Under the pieces are notes generated by a model. The model was given only the letters and a program-made list of their open reading frames with translations. It was not told where the DNA came from and made no database searches. Positions 26,690-43,968 of a stretch of 64,000 bases of DNA are shown here, piece after piece (the first letter of the stretch is position 1; every line of letters begins with the position of its first letter). The position numbers were made by a program, and so were the translations under genes. The stretch is from the NCBI RefSeq assembly GCF_056712565.1, contig NZ_CM160072.1; one strand, written 5' to 3'.

Positions 26690-29215
<2,526 letters not shown>

Positions 29216-29300
29216 TTTTGTATATTAGAATTCCGGCATCACTGATACGTGCAGATATCCGTGTATACCAGACGTATAAATTGTACAGGAGCACGAGATC

Positions 29301-29534
29301 ATGACTGCAAAACGTACCACACAAAGTGTGACCGTCACCGTCGACCGTGAGTTAGTCAATCGCGCTCGTGATGCAGGCTTAAATATGAGCGCCACCCTTA
29401 CGGTTGCGCTCAATGCTGAACTTAAAAAACATGCAGCAACACGTTGGCGTGAAGAGAACGCAGAAGCTATCGCTGCGTTAAATCAATTGGCTGATGAAAC
29501 CGGATGTTTCTCTGATGAGTACCGGAGCTTCTAG
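29301..29534 (+). CDS. ccdA: CcdA-family antitoxin (chromosomal ccdO157-type)
   Basis: 77-aa ORF MTAKRTTQSVTVTVDRELVNRARDAGLNMSATLTVALNAELKKHAATRWREENAEAIAALNQLADETGCFSDEYRSF; ribbon-helix-helix N-terminus and W-x-EEN...GSF-DE-R-F C-terminus align with F-plasmid CcdA; GTATAC-like palindromes upstream. Confidence 0.88.
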   Translation: MTAKRTTQSVTVTVDRELVNRARDAGLNMSATLTVALNAELKKHAATRWREENAEAIAALNQLADETGCFSDEYRSF

Positions 29535-29536
29535 CG

Positions 29537-29852
29537 ATGCAATTTACGGTATACCGCAGTCGCGGCAGGAACGCCGCGTTTCCCTTTGTTATTGATGTTA
29601 CCAGCGACATTGTTGGTGAGATTAATCGCCGTATCGTTATTCCATTAACACCTATTTGAACGATTTAGCCGTATTCGCCCACCAGAACGGCTTAACCCAA
29701 TCCTTTTACCGGTAGACGGCAAAGAATATGTGCTCATGACGCATGAGACTGCAACTGTTCCAGTTAACGCGCTGGGAACGAAATTTTGCGATGCCAGCGC
29801 GCACCGAACGTTGATTAAAGGAGCATTAGATTTTATGCTCGACGGGATTTAA
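29537..29852 (+). pseudogene. ccdB: CcdB-family gyrase toxin gene, inactivated by a +1 frameshift
   Basis: ATG 29537 encodes MQFTVYRSRGRNAAFPFVIDVTSDIVGEINRRIVIPLTPI, then TGA at 29657-29659; the +1 frame from 29658 continues [64 protein letters not shown] to TAA 29850-29852. Both parts align with CcdB; the break is in the T-run of cct att tga. Confidence 0.85.
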
Positions 29853-30697
29853 GACGCTACCGCCTCTCCCTCACTCAAATCCTTATGCCGGTTCGACGGC
29901 TGGACAAAATACTGTTTATCTTCCCAGCGCAGGCAGGTTAATGTACCACCCCAGCAGCAGCCGGTATCCAGCGCGTAAATACCTTCCGGCGTACCTTTGC
30001 CTTCCAGCGATGCCCAGTGACCAAAGGCGATGTTGTACTCTTCAGCGACGGGGCCAGGAATCGCAAACCACGGTTTCAGTGGGGCAGGGGCCTCTTCCGG
30101 CGATTCTTTGCTGTACATATCCAGTTGACCGTTCGGGAAGCAAAAACGCATACGGGTAAAGGCGTTGGTGATAAAACGCAGTCTTCCCAGCCCCCGCAAT
30201 TCCGGCGACCAGTTATTTGGCATATCGCCGTACATGGCATCAAGGAAGAAGGGATAGGAGTCACTCGACAGCACCGCTTCTACATCGCGCGCGCACTCTT
30301 TGGCTGTCTGCAGATCCCACTGCGGCGTGATCCCGGCGTGGGCCATCACTAACTTTTTCTCTTTGTCGATTTGCAGCAAAGGCTGGCGACGCAGCCAGTT
30401 AAGCAGCTCGTCGGCATCCGGCGCTTCCAGCAGCGGTGTCAGGCGATCTTTCGGTTTATTGCGGCTGATCCCGGCAAATACCGCCAGCAGATGCAGATCG
30501 TGATTACCCAGCACCAGACGTACGCTGTCGCCTAAGGATTTCACATAGCGCAGAACATCCAGCGAACCCGGGCCGCGCGCGACCAGATCGCCCGTCAGCC
30601 AGAGGGTATCTTTCCCAGGGGTAAATTCTACTTTATGCAGCAATGCGATCAGTTCATCGTAACAACCATGAACGTCGCCAATAAGGTATGTCGCCAT
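29849..30697 (-). CDS. apaH: bis(5'-nucleosyl)-tetraphosphatase, symmetrical
   Basis: 282-aa ORF with metallophosphatase motifs GDVHGC and GNHD; the C-terminus (..[11 protein letters not shown]) is 2 aa longer than the K-12 form I recall, and its stop codon overlaps the ccdB stop on the opposite strand. Confidence 0.93.
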   Translation of the reverse strand: MATYLIGDVHGCYDELIALLHKVEFTPGKDTLWLTGDLVARGPGSLDVLRYVKSLGDSVRLVLGNHDLHLLAVFAGISRNKPKDRLTPLLEAPDADELLNWLRRQPLLQIDKEKKLVMAHAGITPQWDLQTAKECARDVEAVLSSDSYPFFLDAMYGDMPNNWSPELRGLGRLRFITNAFTRMRFCFPNGQLDMYSKESPEEAPAPLKPWFAIPGPVAEEYNIAFGHWASLEGKGTPEGIYALDTGCCWGGTLTCLRWEDKQYFVQPSNRHKDLSEGEAVAS

Positions 30698-30703
30698 ATT
30701 CTT

Positions 30704-31081
30704 TTAATGAATGAGTGTGGGAACGGCGAGTCGGAATACGGGAATGTCGATGCTGAAAGGGACGCCATTTTCATCGATCATTTCGTAGTGACCCTGCATG
30801 GTGCCCAGCGGGGTTTCAATGATTGCACCGCTGGTGTACTGGTACTCTTCGCCAGGCGCGATAAGTGGCTGGACGCCAACCACTCCTTCGCCCTGGACTT
30901 CGGTTTCACGGCCATTGCCATTGGTGATCAGCCAGTAACGCCCCAACAACTGCACTGGCGCTCGCCCCAGATTGCGTATGGTTACGGTATAAGCAAAAAC
31001 GTAACGTTCATTATCAGGTGAAGATTGGGCCTCAATGTAGACGCTTTGAACCTGAATACACACTCGGGGCGAATTGATCAT
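30704..31081 (-). CDS. apaG: ApaG (DUF525) protein
   Basis: 125 aa from ATG 31081 ([19 protein letters not shown]...); the track ORF extends 18 codons upstream. Confidence 0.92.
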   Translation of the reverse strand: MINSPRVCIQVQSVYIEAQSSPDNERYVFAYTVTIRNLGRAPVQLLGRYWLITNGNGRETEVQGEGVVGVQPLIAPGEEYQYTSGAIIETPLGTMQGHYEMIDENGVPFSIDIPVFRLAVPTLIH

Positions 31082-31083
31082 CG

Positions 31084-34177
<3,094 letters not shown>

Positions 34178-34229
34178 ACTTTTTCCATTTCAATTAACCG
34201 CACTGCGGATTACGTGGTAAATCAACAAA

Positions 34230-36551
34230 TCACAAAGTGTTTTGATACGGCAGAATGTTCGAACGCAGCATCTCTTGCGTACCCAGACCGTAGTTGGAGC
34301 TCAGGCCGCGAAGTTCGATGTTAAAGCCGATTGCGTTGTCATATACCGCATGTTGTTTATCGTTATCCCAACCGTTCAGCTTCCGCTCGTAACCGACGCG
34401 AATCGCATAGCAGCAGGAGCTGTATTGCACACCTAACATAGAGTCGGCTTGCTTGTTCGCATTGGTGTCGTAGTAGTAGGCCCCAACAATGGACCAACGA
34501 TCGGCAATTGGCCAGCTGGCGACGGCACCTACCTGCGAAATACCATTCTTATATTGCTCAGCAGTGGAATAGTACTTAGGCAGCGTTGCCTGAATATATT
34601 CCGGGCTGGCGTAACGGTAATTCAGCTGTACCAGACGGTCTTCATCCCGACGGTATTCAATGCTGGAGTTACTGGTCGCTACGTTATCCAGACGTGTATC
34701 GTACTGAATCCCGCCACGCAATCCCCAACGATCAGAGATGCGCCAGTAAGTATCGCCTGCCCATACCAGTGAGCCCGTTTTGTCGTCATTCTCCCATGTT
34801 ATGTTGTCATCGCCAGTGCGAGACTCCGTGAAATAGTAGATTTGACCAACGGAAATATTAAAACGTTCAACGGCAGCATCATCATATATGCGAGATGTGA
34901 CACCGGTCGTCACCTGGTTAGCGGAGGCAATACGGTCAAGACCGCCGTAAGTCCGGTCCCGGAACAGGCCGGAGTAGTCAGATTGCAGCAGCGACGAGTC
35001 GTAGTTATAGATTTTGCTCTGATCGCGATATGGCACATACAGATACTGCGCGCGTGGTTCCAGTGTCTGGGTATAGCCCGGCGCCAGCATTTCCATATCA
35101 CGCTCGAAGACCATTCTACCGTCTACCTTGAACTGCGGCATTACACGGTTAGCGGACTCTGCTAGCTTGGTCGTGTTTCTGGAGTTATACCAGTCAAGAT
35201 TGGTTTGCTGATAATGGGTTGCCAGCAACTTCGCTTCAGTATTGATGCTGCCCCAGTTATTAGAGAGCGGCAGATTGATGGTCGGTTCCAGGTGAACACG
35301 AGTCGCCTCTGGCATGTCATCTCTGGTGTTAACAAAGTGCACCGCCTGGCCGTAAATTCGCGTATCGAAAGGACCGACATCGTTTTGATAGTAGTTAACG
35401 TCTAACTGCGGTTCTGCCGAGTAGCTACTGGTGTTCTGCTCGCTGAAGACCTGGAACTGCTTGGTTGAAACGGTGGCATTGAAGTTTTGCACCGCATAGC
35501 CAACGCTGAATTTTTGCGTTGCGTAGCCGTCGGTACTGGAACCGTACTTGTTATCGAAATCATTGAAGTAGCTAGGATCGCTGACCTTGGTGTAGTCGAC
35601 GTTGAAACGCCACACCTGATCCATGACCCCGGAGTGGTTCCAGTAGAATAACCAACGACGTGAACTGTCATCGTTCGGGTGTTCATCTTTATAGACTTTA
35701 TCTGAAGGCAGATAGTCCAGTTCCATCAAGCCAGCGCCCGCCTGGGAGAGGTAGCGGAATTCGTTCTCCCACATGATATTGCCACGACGATGCATATAAT
35801 GCGGCGTGATGGTGGCATCCATATTTGGCGCGATGTTCCAGTAATATGGCAGGTAGAACTCAAAGTAGTTGGTGGTGGTGTACTTGGCGTTCGGGATCAA
35901 GAAACCAGAGCGACGTTTGTCACCCACCGGCAACTGCAAATAGGGGCTATAAAAGATCGGTACCGGACCCACCTTAAAGCGGGCGTTCCAGATCTCCGCA
36001 ACTTGTTCTTCGCGGTCATGAATAATTTCGCTACCTACCACGCTCCAGGTGTCAGAACCCGGCAGACAGGAGGTAAAGCTACCGTTATCCAGAATGGTAT
36101 AGCGGTTTTCGCCACGTTGTTTCATCAGGTCCGCTTTACCGCGGCCCTGGCGACCCACCATCTGGTAATCACCCTCCCAGACGTTGGTATCTTTGGTGTT
36201 CAGATTCGCCCAGCCTTTCGGCCCTTTGAGGATCACCTGGTTATCGTCGTAATGGACATTACCGAGCGCATCAACGGTACGTACCGGCTCCGGTTGTCCT
36301 GGTGCCTCTTTTTGATGGAGCTGCACTTCGTCGGCCTGCAGACGGCTGTTACCCTGCATGATATCCACGCTGCCAGTAAACACGGCGTCATCCGGGTAGT
36401 CCCCTTTCGCGTGGTCAGCATTGATAGTCACGGGTAAGTCATTGGTATCGCCCTGTACCAGAGGACGGTCATAGCTTGGCACGCCCAACATGCACTGTGA
36501 GGCGAGGTCGGCTGCCAGTCCCTGTTGACTATAAAGGGCGGTGGCAATCAT
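34230..36551 (-). CDS. lptD: LPS-assembly outer-membrane protein LptD; the annotated-type start (ATG at 36582) is out of frame with the body, so this is an apparent signal-peptide frameshift
   Basis: 773-aa in-frame body [25 protein letters not shown]...; upstream the minus strand reads atg aaa aaa cgt atc ccc act c ctg gcc acc atg att, i.e. MKKRIPT in another frame, leaving 16 nt where 18 are required. See findings. Confidence 0.85.
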   Translation of the reverse strand: MIATALYSQQGLAADLASQCMLGVPSYDRPLVQGDTNDLPVTINADHAKGDYPDDAVFTGSVDIMQGNSRLQADEVQLHQKEAPGQPEPVRTVDALGNVHYDDNQVILKGPKGWANLNTKDTNVWEGDYQMVGRQGRGKADLMKQRGENRYTILDNGSFTSCLPGSDTWSVVGSEIIHDREEQVAEIWNARFKVGPVPIFYSPYLQLPVGDKRRSGFLIPNAKYTTTNYFEFYLPYYWNIAPNMDATITPHYMHRRGNIMWENEFRYLSQAGAGLMELDYLPSDKVYKDEHPNDDSSRRWLFYWNHSGVMDQVWRFNVDYTKVSDPSYFNDFDNKYGSSTDGYATQKFSVGYAVQNFNATVSTKQFQVFSEQNTSSYSAEPQLDVNYYQNDVGPFDTRIYGQAVHFVNTRDDMPEATRVHLEPTINLPLSNNWGSINTEAKLLATHYQQTNLDWYNSRNTTKLAESANRVMPQFKVDGRMVFERDMEMLAPGYTQTLEPRAQYLYVPYRDQSKIYNYDSSLLQSDYSGLFRDRTYGGLDRIASANQVTTGVTSRIYDDAAVERFNISVGQIYYFTESRTGDDNITWENDDKTGSLVWAGDTYWRISDRWGLRGGIQYDTRLDNVATSNSSIEYRRDEDRLVQLNYRYASPEYIQATLPKYYSTAEQYKNGISQVGAVASWPIADRWSIVGAYYYDTNANKQADSMLGVQYSSCCYAIRVGYERKLNGWDNDKQHAVYDNAIGFNIELRGLSSNYGLGTQEMLRSNILPYQNTL

Positions 36552-36836
36552 GGTGGCCAGGAGTGGGGATACGTTTTTTCATACGTTGATTTTATTGTTC
36601 CATCATCGGTAACGTTGCGCGTGACAAACGGTCAGAGACTAACGTACTCGTCATCTCTACGCTAGTGTTAATCCTGTCCGAATAGCGTCTGTGGTGTTAG
36701 GCACGGCATTGAATGACAGGTATGATAATGCAAATTATAGGCGATGTCTCACAATAGACCGCAGCCAGAAATGGGTAAAAGCGCCTTTATATTGTGGGAG
36801 ATAGCCCTGATATCCGTGTGTCGATTTGGGGAATAT

Positions 36837-37652
36837 ATGCAGTATTGGGGAAAAATCATTGGCGTGGCCGTGGCCTTAATAATGGGCGGCGGCTTTTGGG
36901 GCGTAGTATTGGGCCTGTTAATTGGCCATATGTTTGATAAAGCCCGTAGCCGTAAAATGGCGTGGTTCGCCAACCAGCGTGAGCGTCAGGCGCTGTTTTT
37001 TGCCACCACTTTTGAAGTGATGGGGCATTTAACCAAATCCAAAGGTCGCGTCACGGAGGCTGATATTCATATCGCCAGTCAGTTGATGGACCGAATGAAT
37101 CTGCATGGCGCTTCCCGTACTGCGGCGCAAAATGCATTCCGGGTGGGAAAATCAGACAATTACCCGCTGCGCGAAAAGATGCGCCAGTTTCGCAGTGTCT
37201 GCTTTGGTCGTTTTGACTTAATTCGTATGTTTCTGGAGATCCAGATTCAGGCGGCGTTTGCTGATGGTTCACTGCACCCGAATGAACGGGCGGTGCTGTA
37301 TGTCATTGCCGAAGAGTTAGGCATCTCCCGCGCCCAGTTTGACCAGTTTTTGCGCATGATGCAGGGCGGTGCACAGTTTGGTGGCGGTTATCAGCAGCAA
37401 TCTGGCGGTGGTAACTGGCAGCAAGCGCAGCGTGGCCCGACGCTGGAAGATGCCTGTAATGTGCTGGGCGTGAAGCCGACGGATGATGCGACCACCATCA
37501 AACGTGCCTACCGTAAGCTGATGAGTGAACACCATCCCGATAAGTTGGTGGCGAAAGGTTTGCCGCCAGAGATGATGGAGATGGCGAAGCAGAAAGCGCA
37601 GGAAATTCAGCAGGCCTATGAGCTGATAAAGCAGCAGAAAGGGTTTAAATAA
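36837..37652 (+). CDS. djlA: DnaJ-like membrane co-chaperone
   Basis: 271 aa from ATG 36837 ([14 protein letters not shown]...); N-terminal TM segment and C-terminal J-domain with HPD (SEHHPDK). Confidence 0.93.
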   Translation: MQYWGKIIGVAVALIMGGGFWGVVLGLLIGHMFDKARSRKMAWFANQRERQALFFATTFEVMGHLTKSKGRVTEADIHIASQLMDRMNLHGASRTAAQNAFRVGKSDNYPLREKMRQFRSVCFGRFDLIRMFLEIQIQAAFADGSLHPNERAVLYVIAEELGISRAQFDQFLRMMQGGAQFGGGYQQQSGGGNWQQAQRGPTLEDACNVLGVKPTDDATTIKRAYRKLMSEHHPDKLVAKGLPPEMMEMAKQKAQEIQQAYELIKQQKGFK

Positions 37653-37654
37653 GT

Positions 37655-37795
37655 TTCAACGTGTAGGCCTGATAAGACGCGGTAGGCCGGATAAGACGCG
37701 CCAGCGTCGCATCCGGCGAGCAGCATCAGACAATCGGCGCAAAATTGCCGGATGCGGCGTGAACGCCTTCTCCGGCCTACCGAACTTCGCCAGCG
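37655..37795. repeat. REP / BIME cluster
   Basis: gtaggcctgataagacgcggtaggccggataagacgcgccagcgtcgcatccggc ... gccggatgcggcgtgaacgccttctccggcctacc. Confidence 0.75.
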
Positions 37796-37801
37796 TGACT
37801 A

Positions 37802-38461
37802 TTAAAAATCCGCTGGTGCTTTAAACGTCATACTATTGCCATACGCCGGATGGGTAATCGTCAGCATCTCTGCATGTAGCAACAAACGCGGTGCCATTGC
37901 TCTCGCTTCTGGTGATGCATAAAAACGATCGCCGAGAATCGGATGACCCAGCGCCAGCATATGCACACGCAGCTGATGCGAACGCCCGGTAATCGGTTTT
38001 AACACCACTCTTGCCGTGTTATCCGCTGCATATTCCACCACTTCATATTCCGTCTGCGCAGGTTTACCTGTTTCGTAACAGACTTTCTGTTTCGGGCGGT
38101 TTGGCCAGTCGCAAATCAGCGGCAGATCCACCAGACCTTCCGCAGGGGATGGATGCCCCCAGACGCGGGCCACATACTGCTTTTTCGGCTCGCGCTCGCG
38201 GAACTGGCGTTTTAACTCCCGCTCCGCGGCTTTGGTCAGCGCCACTACAATCACGCCGCTGGTAGCCATATCCAGACGATGCACCGATTCTGCCTGCGGA
38301 TAATCACGCTGAATGCGCGTCATCACGCTGTCTTTGTGCTCTTCCAGACGACCCGGCACAGACAACAAACCGCTCGGCTTGTTGACCACCATAATATGGT
38401 CATCCTGATACAGGACAACCAGCCAGGGGTCCTGCGGCGGATTGTAGTTTTCCATCCCCAT
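37802..38461 (-). CDS. rluA: rRNA/tRNA pseudouridine synthase A
   Basis: 219-aa ORF with catalytic motif HRLDMATSG. Confidence 0.93.
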   Translation of the reverse strand: MGMENYNPPQDPWLVVLYQDDHIMVVNKPSGLLSVPGRLEEHKDSVMTRIQRDYPQAESVHRLDMATSGVIVVALTKAAERELKRQFREREPKKQYVARVWGHPSPAEGLVDLPLICDWPNRPKQKVCYETGKPAQTEYEVVEYAADNTARVVLKPITGRSHQLRVHMLALGHPILGDRFYASPEARAMAPRLLLHAEMLTITHPAYGNSMTFKAPADF

Positions 38462-38472
38462 CTTCGGCTCCG

Positions 38473-41379
38473 TTACTGATGCGTCACAACGATCAAACGC
38501 AGGGCATCCAGACGCCAGCCTGCCTGATCCAGGCTTTCCATTACCTGCTGACGGTTGCTCTCAATGGCGGTCAGTTCGTCGTCACGAATGTTCGGGTTAA
38601 CTGCACGCAGCGCTTCCAGACGAGACAGCTCGGCAGACAGTTTTTCGTCGGCTTCGTTACGCGCTGCATCAATCAATGCACGGGCAGATTTCTCGATCTG
38701 CGCTTCCCCCAGCTGAAGGATAGCGTGAACATCCTGCTGCACGGCGTTAACCAGCTTGCTGCCGGTGTGACGGTTAACCGCGTTAAGCTGGCGGTTAAAG
38801 GTTTCAAACTCTACCTGCGCCGCCAGGTTGTTGCCGTTTTTATCCAGCAGCATACGTACCGGCGTCGGTGGCAGGAAGCGGTTGAGCTGCAACTGCTTCG
38901 GAGCCTGGGCTTCAACCACATAAATCAGTTCCACCAACAGCGTACCTACCGGCAACGCTTTGTTTTTCAACAGTGAAATCGTGCTGCTACCGGTATCGCC
39001 AGAAAGGATCAGATCCAGACCGTTGCGGATCAGCGGATGCTCCCAGGTAATAAACTGTGCATCTTCACGCGCCAGCGCCACTTCACGGTCGAAGGTGATG
39101 GTGATGCCATCTTCCGACAGGCCAGGGAAGTCCGGCACCAGCATATGATCGGACGGCGTCAGCACGATCATGTTGTCGCCGCGATCGTCCTGATTGATAC
39201 CGATAATATCGAACAGGTTCATGGCGAAGGCGATCAGGTTGGTATCGTCATCCTGCTCTTCAATGCTTTCTGCCAGTGCCTGGGCTTTTTCGCCACCGTT
39301 GGAATGGATTTCCAGCAGGCGGTCACGACCTTGTTCCAGCTGTGCTTTCAGCGCTTCATGTTGCTCGCGGCAGTTTTTGATCAGATCGTCAAAGCCTTCG
39401 GTTTGATCCGGTGAAGCCAGATAGTTAATCAGATCGTTGTATACGCTATCGTAAATAGTGCGTCCGGTCGGGCAGGTGTGCTCGAATGCATCCAGACCTT
39501 CGTGATACCAGCGCACCAGCACCGACTGAGCAGTTTTTTCCAGATAAGGCACATGGATCTGAATATCGTGCGCCTGACCGATACGATCCAGACGCCCAAT
39601 ACGCTGCTCCAGCAGATCCGGGTTGAATGGCAGGTCAAACATTACCATGTGGCTGGCGAACTGGAAGTTACGTCCTTCAGAACCGATTTCCGAGCACAGC
39701 AGTACCTGCGCGCCGGTGTCTTCTTCGGCAAACCAGGCGGCAGCGCGGTCACGTTCGATAATCGACATACCTTCGTGGAATACCGCGGCGCGAATACCTT
39801 CACGTTCGCGCAGTACCTGCTCCAGTTGCAGCGCAGTGGCAGCTTTGGCGCAGATCACCAGCACTTTCTGAGAGCGATGGCTGGTCAGGTAGCCCATCAG
39901 CCACTCAACGCGCGGATCGAAGTTCCACCAGGTGGCGTTATCACCTTCAAATTCCTGATAAATACGCTCCGGGTAGAGCATATCGCGAGCGCGATCTTCC
40001 GCACTTTTGCGTGCGCCCATAATGCCGGAGACTTTAATAGCCGTCTGATACTGCGTCGGCAGCGGCAGCTTAATGGTGTGCAGCTCGCGTTTCGGGAAGC
40101 CTTTCACACCGTTACGGGTGTTACGGAACAGCACGCGGCTGGTGCCGTGGCGATCCATCAGCATCGAAACCAGCTCCTGACGGGCGCTCTGGGCATCTTC
40201 GCTGTCGCTGTTTGCTGCTTGCAACAGCGGCTCGATATCCTGCTCGCCGATCATCTCACCGAGCATGTTCAGTTCGTCATTGCTGAGTTTGTTACCAGCC
40301 AGCAGCATGGCAACGGCGTCCGCAACCGGACGATAATTTTTCTGCTCTTCAACGAATTGCGCAAAATCGTGGAAACGGTTCGGGTCCAGCAGACGCAGAC
40401 GGGCGAAGTGGCTTTCCATCCCCAGTTGTTCCGGGGTTGCGGTCAGCAGCAGAACGCCGGGCACGTGCTCTGCCAGTTGTTCAATGGCCTGATATTCACG
40501 GCTCGGCGCATCTTCGCTCCACACCAGGTGATGCGCTTCATCGACCACCAGCAGGTCCCACTCGGCTTCACAGAGATGTTCCAGACGCTGTTTGCTACGA
40601 CGGGCAAAATCCAGCGAGCAAATCACCAGCTGTTCGGTGTCGAACGGGTTGTAAGCATCGTGCTGAGCTTCGGCATAACGCTCATCATCAAATAGCGCAA
40701 AGCGCAGGTTGAAACGGCGCAGCATTTCTACCAGCCACTGATGCTGTAAGGTTTCCGGGACGATAATCAGCACACGTTCAGCAGCGCCAGAGAGCAGTTG
40801 CTGATGCAGGATCATCCCGGCTTCAATGGTTTTCCCTAAACCCACTTCGTCAGCCAGCAGGACGCGCGGCGCGTGGCGGCGACCAACATCATGAGCGATG
40901 TTGAGCTGGTGCGGGATCAGGCTGGTACGCTGACCGCGCAGGCCGCTGTACGGCATACGGAACTGTTCGCTGGAATACTTACGCGCGCGATAACGCAGCG
41001 CAAAGCGGTCCATACGGTCAATCTGCCCGGCAAACAGACGGTCCTGCGGTTTGCTGAACACCAGTTTGCTATCAAGGAAAACTTCACGCAGGGCCACGCC
41101 GGACTCTTCAGTATCAAGGCGAGTACCGATATAGGTCAGCAAGCCATTTTCTTCTTTTACTTCTTCGACTTGCATCTGCCAGCCGTCATGGCTGGTAATG
41201 GTATCACCAGGGTTGAACATCACGCGGGTCACGGGGGAATCACTGCGTGCGTACAGACGGTTTTCACCAGTAGATGGGAAAAGTAAAGTGACAGTTCGCG
41301 CATCCACCGCGACAACGGTTCCAAGTCCCAATTCGCTTTCTGTATCGCTGATCCAGCGTTGACCAAGTGTAAAAGGCAT
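38473..41379 (-). CDS. rapA: RNA polymerase-associated Swi2/Snf2 ATPase
   Basis: 968-aa ORF with helicase motifs [10 protein letters not shown] (Walker A) and DEAH. Confidence 0.96.
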
Positions 41380-41542
41380 ATGTGTTCGGCTCTATATCTT
41401 TAATTGCAGGCAATAACCACCCGCTACCGTGCTTATGAGGTAGTGGTGTTATTCAGGTCCAGGAATGGAAAGGGCGCTATGGTACTGGATGGCAAAGCAT
41501 TCGTCACGCATCAAAATGGTATCTGGCGAACTCTTTTTTTGC

Positions 41543-43894
41543 TCAAAATAGCCCAAGTTGCCCGGTCATAAGTGTAGCAAAATTATCCTCAATAAAAGGG
41601 AGTATTCCCTCCGCCACGGGTTGTAACTGGCGGGTCAGATAGTGTTCGTAATCCAGCGGTGAACGTTGGTAGTCCAGCGGCTCCGGGCCGTTGGTGGTCC
41701 ATACGTACTTAATGGTGCCGCGGTTCTGATATTGCAAGGGGCGACCGCGCTTATGGTTTTCTTCATCGGCAAGGCGAGCGGCGCGTACATGAGGCGGAAC
41801 ATTACGCTGATATTCGCTCAGCGGACGGCGAAGGCGTTTACGGTAAACCAGCCGCGTGTCCAGTTCGCCCGCCATCAGCTTGTCGATGGTTTCGCGCACG
41901 TATTCCTGATATGGCTCGTTGCGGAAGATGCGCAGGTAAAGCTCCTGCTGAAACTGCTGGGCCAGCGGCGTCCAGTCGGTGCGCACGGTTTCCAGCCCTT
42001 TAAACACCATCCGCTGTTTGTCGCCCTCCTGAATCAGTCCGGCGTAGCGCTTTTTGCTGCCGGTATCGGCCCCGCGAATGGTTGGCATCAGAAAACGGCA
42101 GAAATGGGTTTCATACTCCAGTTCCAGTGCGCTGGTCAGCCGTTGTTTTTGCAGCGTTTCCGCCCACCAGGCGTTAACGTGCTGCACCAGTGCACGACCG
42201 ATTTTCGCTGCTTCTTCTTCCGAATGTGCACCTTTCAGCCAGACAAACGTTGAGTCGGTATCGCCGTAGATAACATCATAGCCCTGCGCTTCAATCAAGG
42301 TTTTGGTTTGCCGCATGATCTGATGACCACGCATGGTGATCGACGATGCCAGGCGTGGATCGAAGAAACGGCAGGCGGTGGTGCCGAGCACACCATAAAA
42401 GGCATTCATAATGATCTTCAGCGCCTGCGAAAGCGGCTTATTACCCTGACGTTTGGCTTCATCGCGCCCGTGCCAGATGTTAGTCACAATCTCCGGCAGG
42501 CAATGTTTCTCCCGTGAGAACCAGGCATCGAGAAAACCTTCGGTACTGTGCTCTGGATCAGGCTGCGCCATGCCTTCCACCAGCCCGACGGGATCAATCA
42601 GAAAGGTGCGGATGATCGACGGGTACAGGCTTTTGTAGTCCAGCACCAGCACCGAATCATAAAGCCCAGGTCGCGAATCCATCACGTAGCCGCCAGGGCT
42701 GGCGTGCGGCGGCACTTCGCCGAGATTAGGCGCGACATAACCAGCGCGATGCATACGGGGAAAATAGAGATGACCAAACGCTGCCACCGAACCGCCGTGT
42801 CGATCTACCGGCAGGCCGTTCACCGTCGCCCGTTCGAGCAAAAACGGCATGATTTCAGTTTTGTGGAAGATCTGCGTCACCAGCTCGCAATCTTTCAGGT
42901 TATAAGTTGCCAGCGCAGGCTTATCTTCGGCGAAACGGCGGTCAATTTCGTCCATTCGATCCCACGGGTTATCGATAGATTTTCCTTCGCCTAATAACTC
43001 CTGAGCGACGGTTTCCAGCGAGAATGAAGAGAAATTCCAGAACGCGGATTTCAGCGCCTCGATACCGTCGATAATCAGTCGCCCTTTGGCCTGAGCAAAA
43101 AAGACGTCGTTTTTAAAGCCGTGCTCGCGCCACTCCAGCTCGCTGTTATCACGCCCCAGACGCAGCGGAATACGGTAACGCTCGGCATGTTTTTGCAGCA
43201 TTCGCAGATCGAACTGCACCACGTTCCAACCGATGATCACATCAGGATCATGAGTCGCAAACCAGGCGTTAAGTTTTTCCAGTAGCAGCGGGCGGCTGGC
43301 GACGTATTCCAGTTCAAAATCGAGCGCGGAGGCGTCGCCATTCTCTGGCCCCAGCATATAAACGATACGCTGCCCGCAACCTTCCAGGCCGATGCAGTAC
43401 AGCTCACCGTGGCGGGTGGTTTCAATATCAATAGAAACCCACTTGAGCGGCGGACGATAGTCGGGATGCGGTTTCAGACGGGCATTAACGATAGCGCCGT
43501 TGCGCATATCACCCTCGACCCACACTGGCGAGGTGATAAACCGCTCCATCAGATAGCGTTCTGGCGGGCGCACATCGGCCTCGTAGACGGTAACGCCACC
43601 TTCACGCAGGCGCTTTTCGTAATTCATCAACTGGCGATGGGCGCGACAGTAAAGGCCATACACCGGCTGGCGGTGAAAATCTTTTAACGCCAGCGGCGTC
43701 AGGCGAAAGCCTTGTTCACCCTGCAAAATATGCTGAGCGCGGGGAACATGATCGGCGGGAATAAATGCCACGGACTCTTGCGGCGCAAGCGTAACCTGCA
43801 ACGGCCCGTTGTCCGTTGCCAGCCAGAAGGAAACTTCGGTCCCTTGCGGGGTGTCCCGCCAGTGTCGGGTTAAGATAAAACCTGCCTGCGCCAC
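41543..43894 (-). CDS. polB: DNA polymerase II (B-family)
   Basis: 783-aa ORF with polymerase motifs including YGDTDS. Confidence 0.96.
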   Translation of the reverse strand: MAQAGFILTRHWRDTPQGTEVSFWLATDNGPLQVTLAPQESVAFIPADHVPRAQHILQGEQGFRLTPLALKDFHRQPVYGLYCRAHRQLMNYEKRLREGGVTVYEADVRPPERYLMERFITSPVWVEGDMRNGAIVNARLKPHPDYRPPLKWVSIDIETTRHGELYCIGLEGCGQRIVYMLGPENGDASALDFELEYVASRPLLLEKLNAWFATHDPDVIIGWNVVQFDLRMLQKHAERYRIPLRLGRDNSELEWREHGFKNDVFFAQAKGRLIIDGIEALKSAFWNFSSFSLETVAQELLGEGKSIDNPWDRMDEIDRRFAEDKPALATYNLKDCELVTQIFHKTEIMPFLLERATVNGLPVDRHGGSVAAFGHLYFPRMHRAGYVAPNLGEVPPHASPGGYVMDSRPGLYDSVLVLDYKSLYPSIIRTFLIDPVGLVEGMAQPDPEHSTEGFLDAWFSREKHCLPEIVTNIWHGRDEAKRQGNKPLSQALKIIMNAFYGVLGTTACRFFDPRLASSITMRGHQIMRQTKTLIEAQGYDVIYGDTDSTFVWLKGAHSEEEAAKIGRALVQHVNAWWAETLQKQRLTSALELEYETHFCRFLMPTIRGADTGSKKRYAGLIQEGDKQRMVFKGLETVRTDWTPLAQQFQQELYLRIFRNEPYQEYVRETIDKLMAGELDTRLVYRKRLRRPLSEYQRNVPPHVRAARLADEENHKRGRPLQYQNRGTIKYVWTTNGPEPLDYQRSPLDYEHYLTRQLQPVAEGILPFIEDNFATLMTGQLGLF

Positions 43895-43903
43895 GCTGAA
43901 AAT

Positions 43904-43940
43904 CCAATAAAAAACCAGGCTTGATTATAGCCTGGTTTCG
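43904..43940 (-). terminator. araBAD operon rho-independent terminator
   Basis: Minus strand cgaaaccaggctataatcaagcctggttttttatt: GC-rich hairpin plus U-run just downstream of araD. Confidence 0.6.
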
Positions 43941-43949
43941 TTTGATTGG

Positions 43950-43965
43950 CTGTGGTTTTATACAG
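43950..43965. promoter_or_regulatory. LexA (SOS) box upstream of polB
   Basis: ctgtggttttatacag matches the CTGT-N8-ACAG LexA consensus, about 55 bp upstream of the polB start. Confidence 0.75.
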
Positions 43966-43968
43966 TCA

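Noticed and set aside
34230-36551. Scattered LptD amino-acid differences from K-12 (for example in predicted surface loops)
   Set aside because: Cannot be verified at residue level from memory; lptD allelic variation among E. coli is common and unremarkable.
39478-40695. 405-aa plus-strand ORF inside rapA
   Set aside because: Antisense to rapA (968 aa, intact helicase motifs); shadow ORF.
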